Below, in pieces: positions 47,426 to 56,610 of a stretch of DNA of 64,000 nucleotides. The stretch covers positions 32,001-96,000 of IMG/VR virus record IMGVR_UViG_3300028581_000020, one strand, 5' to 3'. The notes beneath the pieces were generated by a model. The model had not been told where the DNA came from and ran no database searches. It was given only the letters and a program-made list of their open reading frames with translations. Source of the stretch: a virus. The first letter of the stretch is position 1, and each line of letters starts with the position of its first letter. The position numbers and the translations under genes were made by a program.

Positions 47426-47681
47426 TTTCGCTATCCTCCACGATTTTACGCAACCGCTCCGGGTTCACGTTTATAAGCTTCAGGATGCGGAGCACGACAT
47501 TGCGCTCCCCCTCCCAAAAAATATGACGGTTGGGAGCTGCCGGATCAAACGTGCACGACAGGACGTGATGCTGTTTGATTAAATCACGCAGCACGCGCTC
47601 CCCTGCCTGAGACGAAAAGATTTGCTTGTAGTCCTTCACACGCGCGAGCGCGGAATTCTCGACTTCTTTATTGTCAGCCAC
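47415..47681 (-). CDS. Bbp19-like small protein
   Basis: F.S..GERVL.DL...EGER.VVL.I; between portal and scaffold genes. Confidence 0.7.
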   Translation of the reverse strand: MADNKEVENSALARVKDYKQIFSSQAGERVLRDLIKQHHVLSCTFDPAAPNRHIFWEGERNVVLRILKLINVNPERLRKIVEDSENGE

Positions 47682-47690
47682 GGGACTCCT

Positions 47691-49310
47691 TTACGCTTGT
47701 TTGGAAAGCTGCTCAAGTCCGATCGCGGTCGGCCCCAGTTTGGCGGCGCCATCGATCTGCTTTGCTTGCTGCTCCTGCGCCACGGCCTGCGCCTGCGCGT
47801 CGGCCCGTGCTTTCCGCTTCTGCTCAACCTCATCCGCATCCCGGATGATCTCTTGCGGGAAGTTGAACACGCGAGCAGCAAACTTCAAAGCGGCATCGCC
47901 ATTCAAGTTGTCGAGCACGCTCTGATCTGCCTGCACGAACGGCGCGATGAAATCCATCGTCTTCGAGATCGATTGCGCTTCCGCCACACGCTGCGCTTGC
48001 GCAATCATGGACGTGTACGCAACATCGATCTGCCGGCCACGGAGAACTTCGGGGGCCTCGTCAATCATTCCCTTGCGCTGCATGATCTCAAACACGCGAT
48101 CAATCAAGGGACGTAAGAATTCCGATTGCTGGCGACCGAGCATAGGGCCCAGCAAACGCATGCGCTCTTCAGTCCGCTGCATGACTTCCGTTGCCGTCAT
48201 CTGCGGGCCAGTGTTGAGCTGCAACTGATCGATATAGAACGTCTGCTTGATCCGCTCGCGGCGCTCGCGCATGACTTCAAACCCAAAATCCACGCGCGTG
48301 TCGTTGAACACGGGCTCGATCCGGTCTTGCGACCCTGCACGGTAGTAGCTCACGCCACCAGGGCGAGTTTTCAGCGGCATTACAAAGCCGTCGTCGGGCG
48401 CCTGCACCGGAGGATCGACGGCTTTCTGGGCGCCAATCAGCACCGTCTCAGTCATCTTGTTCAGGGTCTTCACATCCGGGAGTGCATTCATCCCGGGGCC
48501 GCGTCCGTAGACTTCGCCCGAGGCCTTCGTCCACCGCGGCACTACCAGGGGGAGTTCTCGGAACTGCCCCTCAGAGAGCTCCACTTCGTCCACTGACTTC
48601 AGAATGAACTGAGAGACGTAGCGGAACTTGGCGGTGGAAACCTTGGCTGCATCCCGTGGATAGATCGCCTGGATCAATTCAAATTTGTCTTCCACGCCCT
48701 TTTCATAGGCGCGCTTCAGATTGCGCGAGAGCTCGAGAACTTTCTCTCCGAATTGCTGCACGATCTGGCGCGCAGTCCACTGGAACGAGCGGTAGATTTC
48801 ATCAATCTGCCCCTTGTTGTTCTCAGCGATGTAGAGCTCTTTGATGTGGCGAGCGGCAAACCGCACGACTTGATCCTCGTCCTCTTCAATCGAGAAACCG
48901 GCGGTGCCAATGCAGGGGAGATCAAGATAATACTGGTGCACTTCCGTCTGGAAGTTTGAGCCGTTGAAGACATTAAGCATCTTGCGCGAGCTGTTTTGCA
49001 GCCACTTGCGCACATCATCGAGATCATCGATCTCGGGGTTGCCGGTTGTGAGCATGAACCACTGCCCAGAGGGGTTTGTCAGCATCCCATGCAGCGCTCC
49101 TGCCAGGAGCTCATTCGATTGCACTCCCGTCGAATCCAGGAGCACGAGATTGCGCTTCTGCCCCGGCGAGTACACGGTGTTGATATCGGAGCGGTTTGGG
49201 AGCATGTAGGTTGCGCACTCACGCCAGTGGGATTCCCACGTCGTGCGATCGGCCTTGAGCTGCTCGAAGCGTTTGCAAATCTTTTTTGCCGAGAGCTTAT
49301 CTGCTGCCAC
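47691..49310 (-). CDS. portal (head-to-tail connector)
   Basis: YGRGPG, MTATEV..R.EE...LGP motifs of T7/BPP-1-type connectors. Confidence 0.9.
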   Translation of the reverse strand: MAADKLSAKKICKRFEQLKADRTTWESHWRECATYMLPNRSDINTVYSPGQKRNLVLLDSTGVQSNELLAGALHGMLTNPSGQWFMLTTGNPEIDDLDDVRKWLQNSSRKMLNVFNGSNFQTEVHQYYLDLPCIGTAGFSIEEDEDQVVRFAARHIKELYIAENNKGQIDEIYRSFQWTARQIVQQFGEKVLELSRNLKRAYEKGVEDKFELIQAIYPRDAAKVSTAKFRYVSQFILKSVDEVELSEGQFRELPLVVPRWTKASGEVYGRGPGMNALPDVKTLNKMTETVLIGAQKAVDPPVQAPDDGFVMPLKTRPGGVSYYRAGSQDRIEPVFNDTRVDFGFEVMRERRERIKQTFYIDQLQLNTGPQMTATEVMQRTEERMRLLGPMLGRQQSEFLRPLIDRVFEIMQRKGMIDEAPEVLRGRQIDVAYTSMIAQAQRVAEAQSISKTMDFIAPFVQADQSVLDNLNGDAALKFAARVFNFPQEIIRDADEVEQKRKARADAQAQAVAQEQQAKQIDGAAKLGPTAIGLEQLSKQA

Positions 49311-49712
49311 TTATTTCCCCGAAATCTGGCGCGCTGCGAGCGACCCGAAATATTGCTGTGCCGGCGACGGCTTAGAGAGGCCCACGTTCGGAGATGTCAT
49401 CAGCTTCGCCGACTCTTCCGTCTGTGCGCGAGCCGCAGCTGCCCGGGCACTTGCAGCGGTAGCCGTCTGTGTGTACCGATTGATGAGATCATTCTGTTTG
49501 TTGATGATGTCGGGCTGGGCCAGGAACGATTGATCGTCTTTGCTTGTGGCTCCCAGGGCTTCGATCTCGGCGAGATACGCCTTGCGCTCTTCATCCGAGA
49601 GCTCCGCATTCTTATTGACGGCGTTGATGATCGAATCCCGCCCGCGGAGAACTTCCTGGCTGTAAAGCATGCCCTGTGCCGTGCCGGCCTGGCCGCGATC
49701 ATTGCTACCCAT
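49311..49712 (-). CDS. hypothetical protein
   Basis: Between terL and portal; GGGAGG SD. Confidence 0.6.
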   Translation of the reverse strand: MGSNDRGQAGTAQGMLYSQEVLRGRDSIINAVNKNAELSDEERKAYLAEIEALGATSKDDQSFLAQPDIINKQNDLINRYTQTATAASARAAAARAQTEESAKLMTSPNVGLSKPSPAQQYFGSLAARQISGK

Positions 49713-49728
49713 TGAAAGCCCTCCCCAT

Positions 49729-51060
49729 CTACCCTAGAATATCGTAGCTTGAGTCGGTATGATCCGGCAAGTGGTCGCGACGCGTCCTGACCGAATTGTC
49801 AATATTCCCCATGGCTACCAGGCGGAAACCGTCCGCGCCGTGCGAGGCCCAGTTATGCAGGGGCTTCGTCGAAAAAATCTTGTTCTTTGCGTCCCACTTG
49901 CGCTCGTAGTTCTTGAGCGCATCGATCCCACGGGCGCACTTCTCCGCGTCAAACCACACCTTGGGTATCAGCAGGCGGGCTGCGTTGATCCCGTCTTCGA
50001 CTGAGTGCCGGGGCAGGACCTTGGCTGTCACACCTAGATCCCGGAGCGACTGGATCCGGTTCTTTCCCGTCTGTAGCTCACGCGCCTCGGCATCGTGCGG
50101 AAGAATATGATCGCGGTACACGTAGCCACCACGGCGCTGAGCACGCTTCTGAAGCTCGGCCACGTAGTGGGGGAGCGCCTGCCCAGAATCCTCCAGATAG
50201 TCGATCGCATGGAACTCCCTCCCCACTTGCTGAATGAACCAAATGACGAGCGAATCGCCGATCCCGAGGTCCCAGTAGGTATCGACGGGAACCGCGGGGT
50301 CATGTGGGACTTCGCAAATGCGGCCAGCTTTCTGTGCCGCTTCCATCTCTTTTCCGTAGTAGGCCCCGATAAGCGCTGCCGTAAACGAGCACTCAAACTC
50401 CTGCTCAAACTCCTCCGGCGACATAATCGCCCGCGCGTCGTCCAGCTCCTTGGCTGGAACGATGCCCGTCTCAGAAGCTTTAAACACGCCCCAGTACCAG
50501 TCCTGATCAACACCAGATTTCGACTTCGCGACTTTTAAGATATCCCAGAAGTGGTTCTGCCCCTTGGGAGTACCGATGAAGATCGCCCAGCCCATCCGGT
50601 CCGAGAGCGCCGGGCGAATTACCTGCGACCACACCAGGGGGTCCATTTCCGCGAATTCATCCAAAATAACCCCGTCAAAATACATCCCCCGGATCGATCC
50701 GGGGTTGTCGGCTCCCAGGAGTACAATTCGGATCCGATCGCCCCCGTTGACGCCAGGGCGAGGAATATCCACTCGCAACTCAGCCTCATTTGCCGTCACC
50801 CCAGGGATATTCTTCGTGTACTCTTTGAGGTAATCCCACGCGACGCGCTTGGCTTGCCCGTAGTAGGGCGCAAAATATGCGTACTGCGGGTTCTTGCGCG
50901 GGCAACGGAGTGACTTGTCAACAACTTCGTTGATCGCAAGTACCGTTTTCCCGAAACGGCGATGGCAGACGAGCACATTGAAGCGCTTCAGGAGAGTATG
51001 AATCTTCTCCTGCAGTTTGCGCGGAACGTACCCGGTTCCGACTTTCTTTTGCTGCATCAA
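49729..51060 (-). CDS. terL: terminase large subunit
   Basis: HRRFGKT Walker A, ILDEFA Walker B, GTPKG, WDLGIGD nuclease, SHGADGFR. Confidence 0.92.
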   Translation of the reverse strand: MMQQKKVGTGYVPRKLQEKIHTLLKRFNVLVCHRRFGKTVLAINEVVDKSLRCPRKNPQYAYFAPYYGQAKRVAWDYLKEYTKNIPGVTANEAELRVDIPRPGVNGGDRIRIVLLGADNPGSIRGMYFDGVILDEFAEMDPLVWSQVIRPALSDRMGWAIFIGTPKGQNHFWDILKVAKSKSGVDQDWYWGVFKASETGIVPAKELDDARAIMSPEEFEQEFECSFTAALIGAYYGKEMEAAQKAGRICEVPHDPAVPVDTYWDLGIGDSLVIWFIQQVGREFHAIDYLEDSGQALPHYVAELQKRAQRRGGYVYRDHILPHDAEARELQTGKNRIQSLRDLGVTAKVLPRHSVEDGINAARLLIPKVWFDAEKCARGIDALKNYERKWDAKNKIFSTKPLHNWASHGADGFRLVAMGNIDNSVRTRRDHLPDHTDSSYDILG

Positions 51061-51099
51061 TTCCCCCGGCCCCAGGATACCAGGGGGGAGGAAAAACCG

Positions 51100-51390
51100 C
51101 TAGGATTCACGAACGGGAATCCCGGGTTGCGCTAGATCATGTACCGTGATCGACAGCCACACCGTCCAGGGCTTGCAATTCTGGCACCCCGGATTCTGGC
51201 AGTGGGGCTGCTTCACCTTCTTCGTCAGCGTCGCTCCATGCAGGAGCTTCGCTGTGTCCCCGATCCCCGTGATCTGGTGTTCGACTATCAGCTTCTTGAT
51301 CACCTCTGTCCGCAGTCCCGGAGCCTTCACCTGGAAGTGCTCGAGCTGGTTCCACGTCACCGCTGATGTCGTCTCGAATTCCACCCACAT
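51100..51390 (-). CDS. possible overprinted protein within the 3' part of terS
   Basis: AGGGGG-N6-ATG at 51390; globular-looking sequence with CQNPGCQNC. Confidence 0.4.
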   Translation of the reverse strand: MWVEFETTSAVTWNQLEHFQVKAPGLRTEVIKKLIVEHQITGIGDTAKLLHGATLTKKVKQPHCQNPGCQNCKPWTVWLSITVHDLAQPGIPVRES

Positions 51391-51979
51391 CTTTTGCCCC
51401 CTGGAATCCCGGATCTCCGGGCCTACGAATACCCGTGTCAATGATTAATTGCAGGGGGGCTTGCGCATCCCCCGAAATTTTGACCTTGCTTCCCCAGTTT
51501 TCGGGGTCGAGTTTTTCCGCCTGCCACTTCAAAGTCTCGACCGCGAGTTTAACTCCCGCAACTTCATCCTTGCCCGGCTCTGTAAGGGCGCGATTGACTG
51601 CATCCTGGGCAGCGTTTTCCGCTGCAATCTTTTTTGCAAGCTGGACCTTCTCGCGGAAGTTCGGTTTGTCCGTCATCCACTTCATCAACACGCGAGCCGG
51701 CGGCATGCCTTCAATCTTTGCGACATCCGTAAACGTCGCTCCGCCTTGTACCAGGGAGGCCACACGGTCAGCCAGCCCCATCGAGTACACAAAGCGTCCG
51801 TCAACGCGGGCGAGCTGCTCACGGCCTACCAGGGCCCCTGTCTCGACATCGATGAGGTTGTATTCCTGGATGCTCTCGTCCCATTCCCAGTGGACGTGCT
51901 GGCCCGCCTGCGAGGTTTGCAGGGGGGAGGAAGACGGGGCAAGTTCTAGGTCGAGCGGACGCGGAGTGGTCATTCTCAC
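51137..51979 (-). CDS. terS: terminase small subunit
   Basis: GMPPARVLMKW HTH and LKWQAEKLDPENWG; upstream of terL. Confidence 0.75.
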   Translation of the reverse strand: MRMTTPRPLDLELAPSSSPLQTSQAGQHVHWEWDESIQEYNLIDVETGALVGREQLARVDGRFVYSMGLADRVASLVQGGATFTDVAKIEGMPPARVLMKWMTDKPNFREKVQLAKKIAAENAAQDAVNRALTEPGKDEVAGVKLAVETLKWQAEKLDPENWGSKVKISGDAQAPLQLIIDTGIRRPGDPGFQGAKDVGGIRDDISGDVEPARALPGEGSGTADRGDQEADSRTPDHGDRGHSEAPAWSDADEEGEAAPLPESGVPELQALDGVAVDHGT

Positions 51980-52265
51980 AGGATACAGGATTTAAAACAA
52001 TCCGGGAACCCGCGACATAGTTGCCGCACTGCGTCAAATGAAAACTGAAAAACTTGTCCCGGTTGCAGTCGGCACCGAACGCCCTAACCGGTCTCGGGGA
52101 ATTTGGGGGTGCACCCCTTTGAAAAGACCCCCCGGGGGGCCCCGGCATCCGTCTATCAATGCGCGGCGGGCCGCTCTTATATACTAGACCCCGGTACCCT
52201 GGGGCGCACACGCCTAGGGGCTCGCGCTACCCTTATCCCGGGGGCGCACATTTATTTCACTTTGC

Positions 52266-52318
52266 TATTGACAAGGCTAATCACTTATCATAATGCACTG
52301 ACTCACAATGTACCAACA
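52266..52318 (+). promoter_or_regulatory. putative early promoter
   Basis: TTGACA...TATCATAAT...AATGTACCAACA; a related arrangement occurs at 53267-53309. Confidence 0.5.
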
Positions 52319-52331
52319 CAAAGGAGTTCAA

Positions 52332-52580
52332 ATGAAACGCACCCTTCGTAACCTAACTCTAGGCCTTACCCTCGGCGCCGGGATCCCCGGAGTCCTCCTC
52401 TACAGCGCCCCAGTGCACGCCGCGGCAGGTGCCCAGGCTGCCAAAGGGGGAACTCCCCGAACGATTGATCCCAGGAATCCCTGCCATTGGTCCAAAACCC
52501 ACATTGTATGGGTCCCTGAGACCCGGGGGTGCATGACCCCGGCCGCTTACTCCCAATGGTTGAAAGAACGCGCTAAATAG
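52332..52580 (+). CDS. small exported protein
   Basis: AAGGAG SD; signal peptide ending VHA; two Cys. Confidence 0.6.
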   Translation: MKRTLRNLTLGLTLGAGIPGVLLYSAPVHAAAGAQAAKGGTPRTIDPRNPCHWSKTHIVWVPETRGCMTPAAYSQWLKERAK

Positions 52581-52939
52581 ATCGTACATGGCTAGATGGC
52601 ATCTATCGGGGCATCAGGCCACTGAATTCTCAAACATCTTTTTGGTTCCATATATCCAACGCGTATTTTTGCCAGATATCCTTATAATGCCTTTCCAGAA
52701 AAAAGATATTTTTTTTAGAGAAGTATCTGCCCTAGTCACTACTATGCAAATAGATTTTAGAAAATCAAGTACTTAGGGGAGTGACGAGGTACTTTAGGGC
52801 CTCGTCACTGCCCGGTAACTCATACCCTGCTAGATACTATCTGACACTTAGTTAGGTCAGACGCAAATTAAAACCTTGTCCAAACGCCATGCTACATGGC
52901 ATGTAACACACACAACATCTAACCAAGGAGATTAACGCG

Positions 52940-53248
52940 ATGCCTGTAAAATTAGAAACTGTTAAAATTCGAGTACATGCCGCCGGTCAAGTGTTTGAAA
53001 TGGAAGAAGGGGATAGCTTAGCGGCACAGTGCCTAATACGTATCCCGGAACTAAGGAAACCCTATGAGCGGGACCTAAAAACGCTCCCGTTCGAAGACGC
53101 CGCCGAGATGGCGCAACGCTTTGAGGATTGGCACCCCGGACTCCTAGACCTTCCCATCACCTGCCAGGTGTTATCCCTGCATTTGTACCGCGTAAGGCCC
53201 CGGGGAACCGGGAAGTACCGCCGCCTAGTGGCCACGCGCACGTTCTAA
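52940..53248 (+). CDS. hypothetical protein
   Basis: AAGGAG SD. Confidence 0.6.
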   Translation: MPVKLETVKIRVHAAGQVFEMEEGDSLAAQCLIRIPELRKPYERDLKTLPFEDAAEMAQRFEDWHPGLLDLPITCQVLSLHLYRVRPRGTGKYRRLVATRTF

Positions 53249-53340
53249 TCCCCCTGCAAATAATCCTTGACTCTCAACGTCCCAACTATCATTATCAAAT
53301 GTACCAACAGCCCTAAAAGCCGAATTGGAGCGGCTAAATC

Positions 53341-53595
53341 ATGAAATACCGATTTAAAACCACGTTGATAGCAACCTTGCTCGCAGGGAGCCTTGGGGTT
53401 TCCTCTTCTCCTGCAAATGCGATCGCGAAGCCGCGCATCTCCCTGGAAGATGCCGTCGAAAAGCTTCGTGTAAAGTATTCGATCATGGATGCATCCGAGA
53501 ACATGCGTGCACGTCACAAGCAAGAACGAGCGGAACTAAAAGAGCGCCAAAAAACTGAGCGCGAATCTCTCAAGTTCCAATTGGGGCGCAAATGA
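53341..53595 (+). CDS. small exported coiled-coil protein
   Basis: Signal peptide ending ANA; GGAGCGG SD. Confidence 0.6.
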   Translation: MKYRFKTTLIATLLAGSLGVSSSPANAIAKPRISLEDAVEKLRVKYSIMDASENMRARHKQERAELKERQKTERESLKFQLGRK

Positions 53596-53780
53596 AAACA
53601 AAGCTTGCTGAAATCTTCCGCGAATACTGGAACAACTTTCTTAGCGTTGAAGGCTTTGCATCGTATTATGGAATCCCGGTTTCCAGGGCGCAACGCATGA
53701 TTAATCTAGGCCGCTGGGCGCACGACAAAGGCGCTAAAGCCCCTTGGACAATCCAGGGCCGCAAGGCAGGTAGCAAATGA
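53592..53780 (+). CDS. hypothetical protein
   Basis: YWNNFLSVEGFASYYG; coupled ORF. Confidence 0.6.
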   Translation: MKTKLAEIFREYWNNFLSVEGFASYYGIPVSRAQRMINLGRWAHDKGAKAPWTIQGRKAGSK

Positions 53781-53992
53781 GTAAGGTCCAAGTAATTGAA
53801 CAATCGCGAAGCGTCTTCATTACGTGGGACTTTGGCTCCCTGGGATCAAGCCAACGTTGGCTAAGAAAGATCCGGGGTGCCAAGTGTGTTTCCCCCTGCA
53901 GATATGTACGCAACTTATACGGCGAAGAGTTTTTGCTGCGCGAATATCAAGACAATCAAGGTACGCGTTTTTTAGTGAAGGAGAGTATTTAA
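53777..53992 (+). CDS. hypothetical protein
   Basis: Coupled ORF. Confidence 0.5.
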   Translation: MSKVQVIEQSRSVFITWDFGSLGSSQRWLRKIRGAKCVSPCRYVRNLYGEEFLLREYQDNQGTRFLVKESI

Positions 53993-54247
53993 ATGAGACA
54001 TTACATAAAACTTGACCGCAGCGGCCCTCGCGCAAAATCGTTTGGCTTTGGATCGAACAATAAGATCACGGAAGGCAAGCAGGACTTGACTTTTGAAGCT
54101 GAGTTCTTAACGCAGGAAAAACCCCGGGAGAATGATACACGCAAGTCCCTAGGTTCGGTGCAACTTGTCGTCCTCCCCTGCAAAACCCGAGAGCTACGGC
54201 ATTGGCATAATGGTGTGTGCACGGTACTCGCTATGGTGAAAGTATGA
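53993..54247 (+). CDS. hypothetical protein
   Basis: AAGGAG SD. Confidence 0.55.
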   Translation: MRHYIKLDRSGPRAKSFGFGSNNKITEGKQDLTFEAEFLTQEKPRENDTRKSLGSVQLVVLPCKTRELRHWHNGVCTVLAMVKV

Positions 54248-54498
54248 ATGTGGATCTTGGTTACGTGGCAACACGTAGGAAGCGTATACTTGTGGAGCAA
54301 TGGGAGTTGCCGTTCGCTACCTGCCAAGTGTGGGAAGCGCATGGACCCCCGGGAGCCCGCCACATTCAGCACAAGTATGCGGCATGCTACTTAGATGAGT
54401 TTGGAAAGAAGCAATGGCTACGAGAGCCTGAAACTGATTTTGAAACGGTGTCGGGAGCACGCACGGCAATTCTTATCTTCATGGAGACTTTAAAATGA
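54244..54498 (+). CDS. hypothetical protein
   Basis: ATGA overlap start at 54244. Confidence 0.55.
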   Translation: MNVDLGYVATRRKRILVEQWELPFATCQVWEAHGPPGARHIQHKYAACYLDEFGKKQWLREPETDFETVSGARTAILIFMETLK

Positions 54499-54587
54499 CA
54501 GCAGATTACGGATGGAAATTGTGGGAGCTTGCAATTATTGTGGGTCTCATTATGCTAGTTGGAACAAAATTAGGGGTGATTAAATGA
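54495..54587 (+). CDS. 30-aa single-TM peptide (not in ORF track)
   Basis: MTADYGWKLWELAIIVGLIMLVGTKLGVIK; ATGA overlaps on both sides. Confidence 0.5.
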   Translation: MTADYGWKLWELAIIVGLIMLVGTKLGVIK

Positions 54588-55279
54588 GTTCAAAAAGTCG
54601 TGTGAGGCCAGGTGTTCCCGCGAGTCGGAAGGACCCTATGCCACCGAAATTTCCGGTGGAGATCCCCCCTGCAAAAAAAGAGCATTGGCAGGAGGAGCCG
54701 GTTAAAGGATGGCTGGACCCCTGGGAGTATTTCATCCAGGATCAAGTCAAACAAAAATACCCCGAATTACTTGCACTCACGCCTAGGCGTATGCAAGTGG
54801 TTGATCCCAAGTGGGCGGGGCGTGACGAGGAGTCCCGCCTGCAATGGTGGGCATGCTTTCTCTGGGCATTGGCGGGCCCTGAATCTAATCGTTCTCGGAC
54901 GATGATCTATGTTGAGGGGACGATGGATAAGGACCCCGTGACGGGCTTCCAGGTGCGCTCAGAGGGGTTACTCCAGCTGAGCTATCAGGACGTGCCCAAC
55001 TATAAATATAAGGGTGAAATCTCCTGGGAGAAGGATCGGGAGCTTGCGCGCTTTGATTATGAGACGAAAGCGAAGTTCGGAGATGGACTGCGTACGTTGC
55101 ATTCTGCTTACGCGAATCTTGACTTAGGTCTCTTCATCATGCGCAAGCATTTGGTTGAATTCAACTCGGATCGATCGTTTGAGGATGCACTAGGCAAATA
55201 CTGGTATGTGATGCAAACGCGTAACAAGGAAGAGTTTGCGCAGGTGTTGGCTGGGCTTAAGACTCGGGGGATGCGGTGA
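54584..55279 (+). CDS. lytic transglycosylase (SLT-like) / lysozyme-fold protein
   Basis: Catalytic ES motif (PESN), SEGLLQLS, N...G. Confidence 0.6.
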   Translation: MSSKSRVRPGVPASRKDPMPPKFPVEIPPAKKEHWQEEPVKGWLDPWEYFIQDQVKQKYPELLALTPRRMQVVDPKWAGRDEESRLQWWACFLWALAGPESNRSRTMIYVEGTMDKDPVTGFQVRSEGLLQLSYQDVPNYKYKGEISWEKDRELARFDYETKAKFGDGLRTLHSAYANLDLGLFIMRKHLVEFNSDRSFEDALGKYWYVMQTRNKEEFAQVLAGLKTRGMR

Positions 55280-55578
55280 GAATCATCAAATTCGTCTCAC
55301 GCGAAATTAGCGGTGGGCAGATTGCGCTCTATCCTATCTATGAGAATGGCAGGGAGGGTGCGCTTGCGTGTAAGTGTACGCCTGAAGTTGCGCACATGTT
55401 CATGAGCGCGCCAAGCCTTATGCGTATGGCAGAGCAAGCAACTGGCTCCCCGGACCCCATCATGCGCAGTCTCGCGCGTACCTCGCTCGCACTCGCGAAG
55501 CGTGCGCCAGACGTTCTCCCTGCAAATAGCCGCTCTGATGCGTTCATGAGCATCATTAGGGGGCTTCGGGATGGCTAA
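55276..55578 (+). CDS. hypothetical protein
   Basis: Coupled ORF. Confidence 0.55.
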   Translation: MRIIKFVSREISGGQIALYPIYENGREGALACKCTPEVAHMFMSAPSLMRMAEQATGSPDPIMRSLARTSLALAKRAPDVLPANSRSDAFMSIIRGLRDG

Positions 55579-55972
55579 GCGCATTGGACTCACCAAGGGT
55601 TTTCACTGCATTGTGAGTGATGAGGACTTTGAATGGATCGGATCATTCAAATGGCACGCATCTATTGCAACGACAGATGAGCGCAGTATCCAAAAAGTAT
55701 ACGCGAAGCGCCGTAGGCGAGTCTCCGAGCCTGGCGAGACAGCCATGGTGTACATGCACCATGAGGTCATGAAGCGGCACTTGCGCGAGCAAGGCCTTGA
55801 CGTTGACTTGGAGCTTGCAGGCAAGTACATCGATCACGGGGATGGGGACTCTTTGAATAACACGCGCGAGAATCTTTGGCCTGTTTTGCCGAAAGAGAAC
55901 ATCCCACGCTACACGCTGATCCATAATCAGCCACGCGTGAAGCGTGCGCTTAAGAAAGCGAGAAGGAAATGA
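55571..55972 (+). CDS. HNH endonuclease-like protein
   Basis: LTKG...IVSDED; IDHGDGDSLNNTRENL. Confidence 0.75.
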   Translation: MAKRIGLTKGFHCIVSDEDFEWIGSFKWHASIATTDERSIQKVYAKRRRRVSEPGETAMVYMHHEVMKRHLREQGLDVDLELAGKYIDHGDGDSLNNTRENLWPVLPKENIPRYTLIHNQPRVKRALKKARRK

Positions 55973-56232
55973 CCCCCGAATCCAAGACCCCCAGCGCGTG
56001 GCCGAGTGAGGAAGACTTCTGTCACATAGCGTGGGAGTGTTTCGGCCAAGACATTGCGTCGCATAACTTCAAAGGCCTCTACGCAGTTCTCACCACCCGC
56101 CTCAAAGACCACGTCATCCTACCAAGGGATCAGGTGGAGAAGCTAAGGGAAGAGATTGTGAGCGACGTTAAGTCTCTGCGTACATTCGACTGCCTCAACA
56201 TCCTCGACGCCGCATTAACAAACAACAAGTAA
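55969..56232 (+). CDS. hypothetical protein
   Basis: Coupled ORF. Confidence 0.55.
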   Translation: MTPESKTPSAWPSEEDFCHIAWECFGQDIASHNFKGLYAVLTTRLKDHVILPRDQVEKLREEIVSDVKSLRTFDCLNILDAALTNNK

Positions 56233-56241
56233 AGGAGACCT

Positions 56242-56610
56242 ATGGAAATCAGTGCAAATGAAATTGAAATCAACGGCCAAAAGTACGTGAAGAAAGGCAC
56301 ACAGTCGCAGGCAACATCGCCTGAAGGACTTCCCTACGTCATCATCCGCAGCGAGGGGGCTGGCGTCTTTGCCGGTTACTTGAAAGAGCAGAATGGTCAG
56401 GAAGTCGTGATCCTTGAGTCTCGTCGTCTTTGGTATTGGTCTGGTGCCGCATCGCTCAGTCAGCTTGCCATTGACGGTACATCGAAGCCCAAAGACTGCA
56501 AGTTCCCCGAGGCTGTGTCGTCACAGAAGATTTTCAAGGTGCTTGAGATCATCAATGTGACCCAGAAAGCAAAAGACTCGATTGCGAGCGTGAAGCCGTG
56601 GCAACTGTAG
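56242..56610 (+). CDS. DUF6948-like phage protein
   Basis: YVIIRS..AGVFAG...RRLWYWSGAASLSQLA..G. Confidence 0.7.
   Translation: MEISANEIEINGQKYVKKGTQSQATSPEGLPYVIIRSEGAGVFAGYLKEQNGQEVVILESRRLWYWSGAASLSQLAIDGTSKPKDCKFPEAVSSQKIFKVLEIINVTQKAKDSIASVKPWQL

Noticed and set aside
52588-52776. 62-aa ORF in the intergenic island
   Set aside because: No SD, atypical composition, and it overlaps inverted repeats; more likely non-coding.
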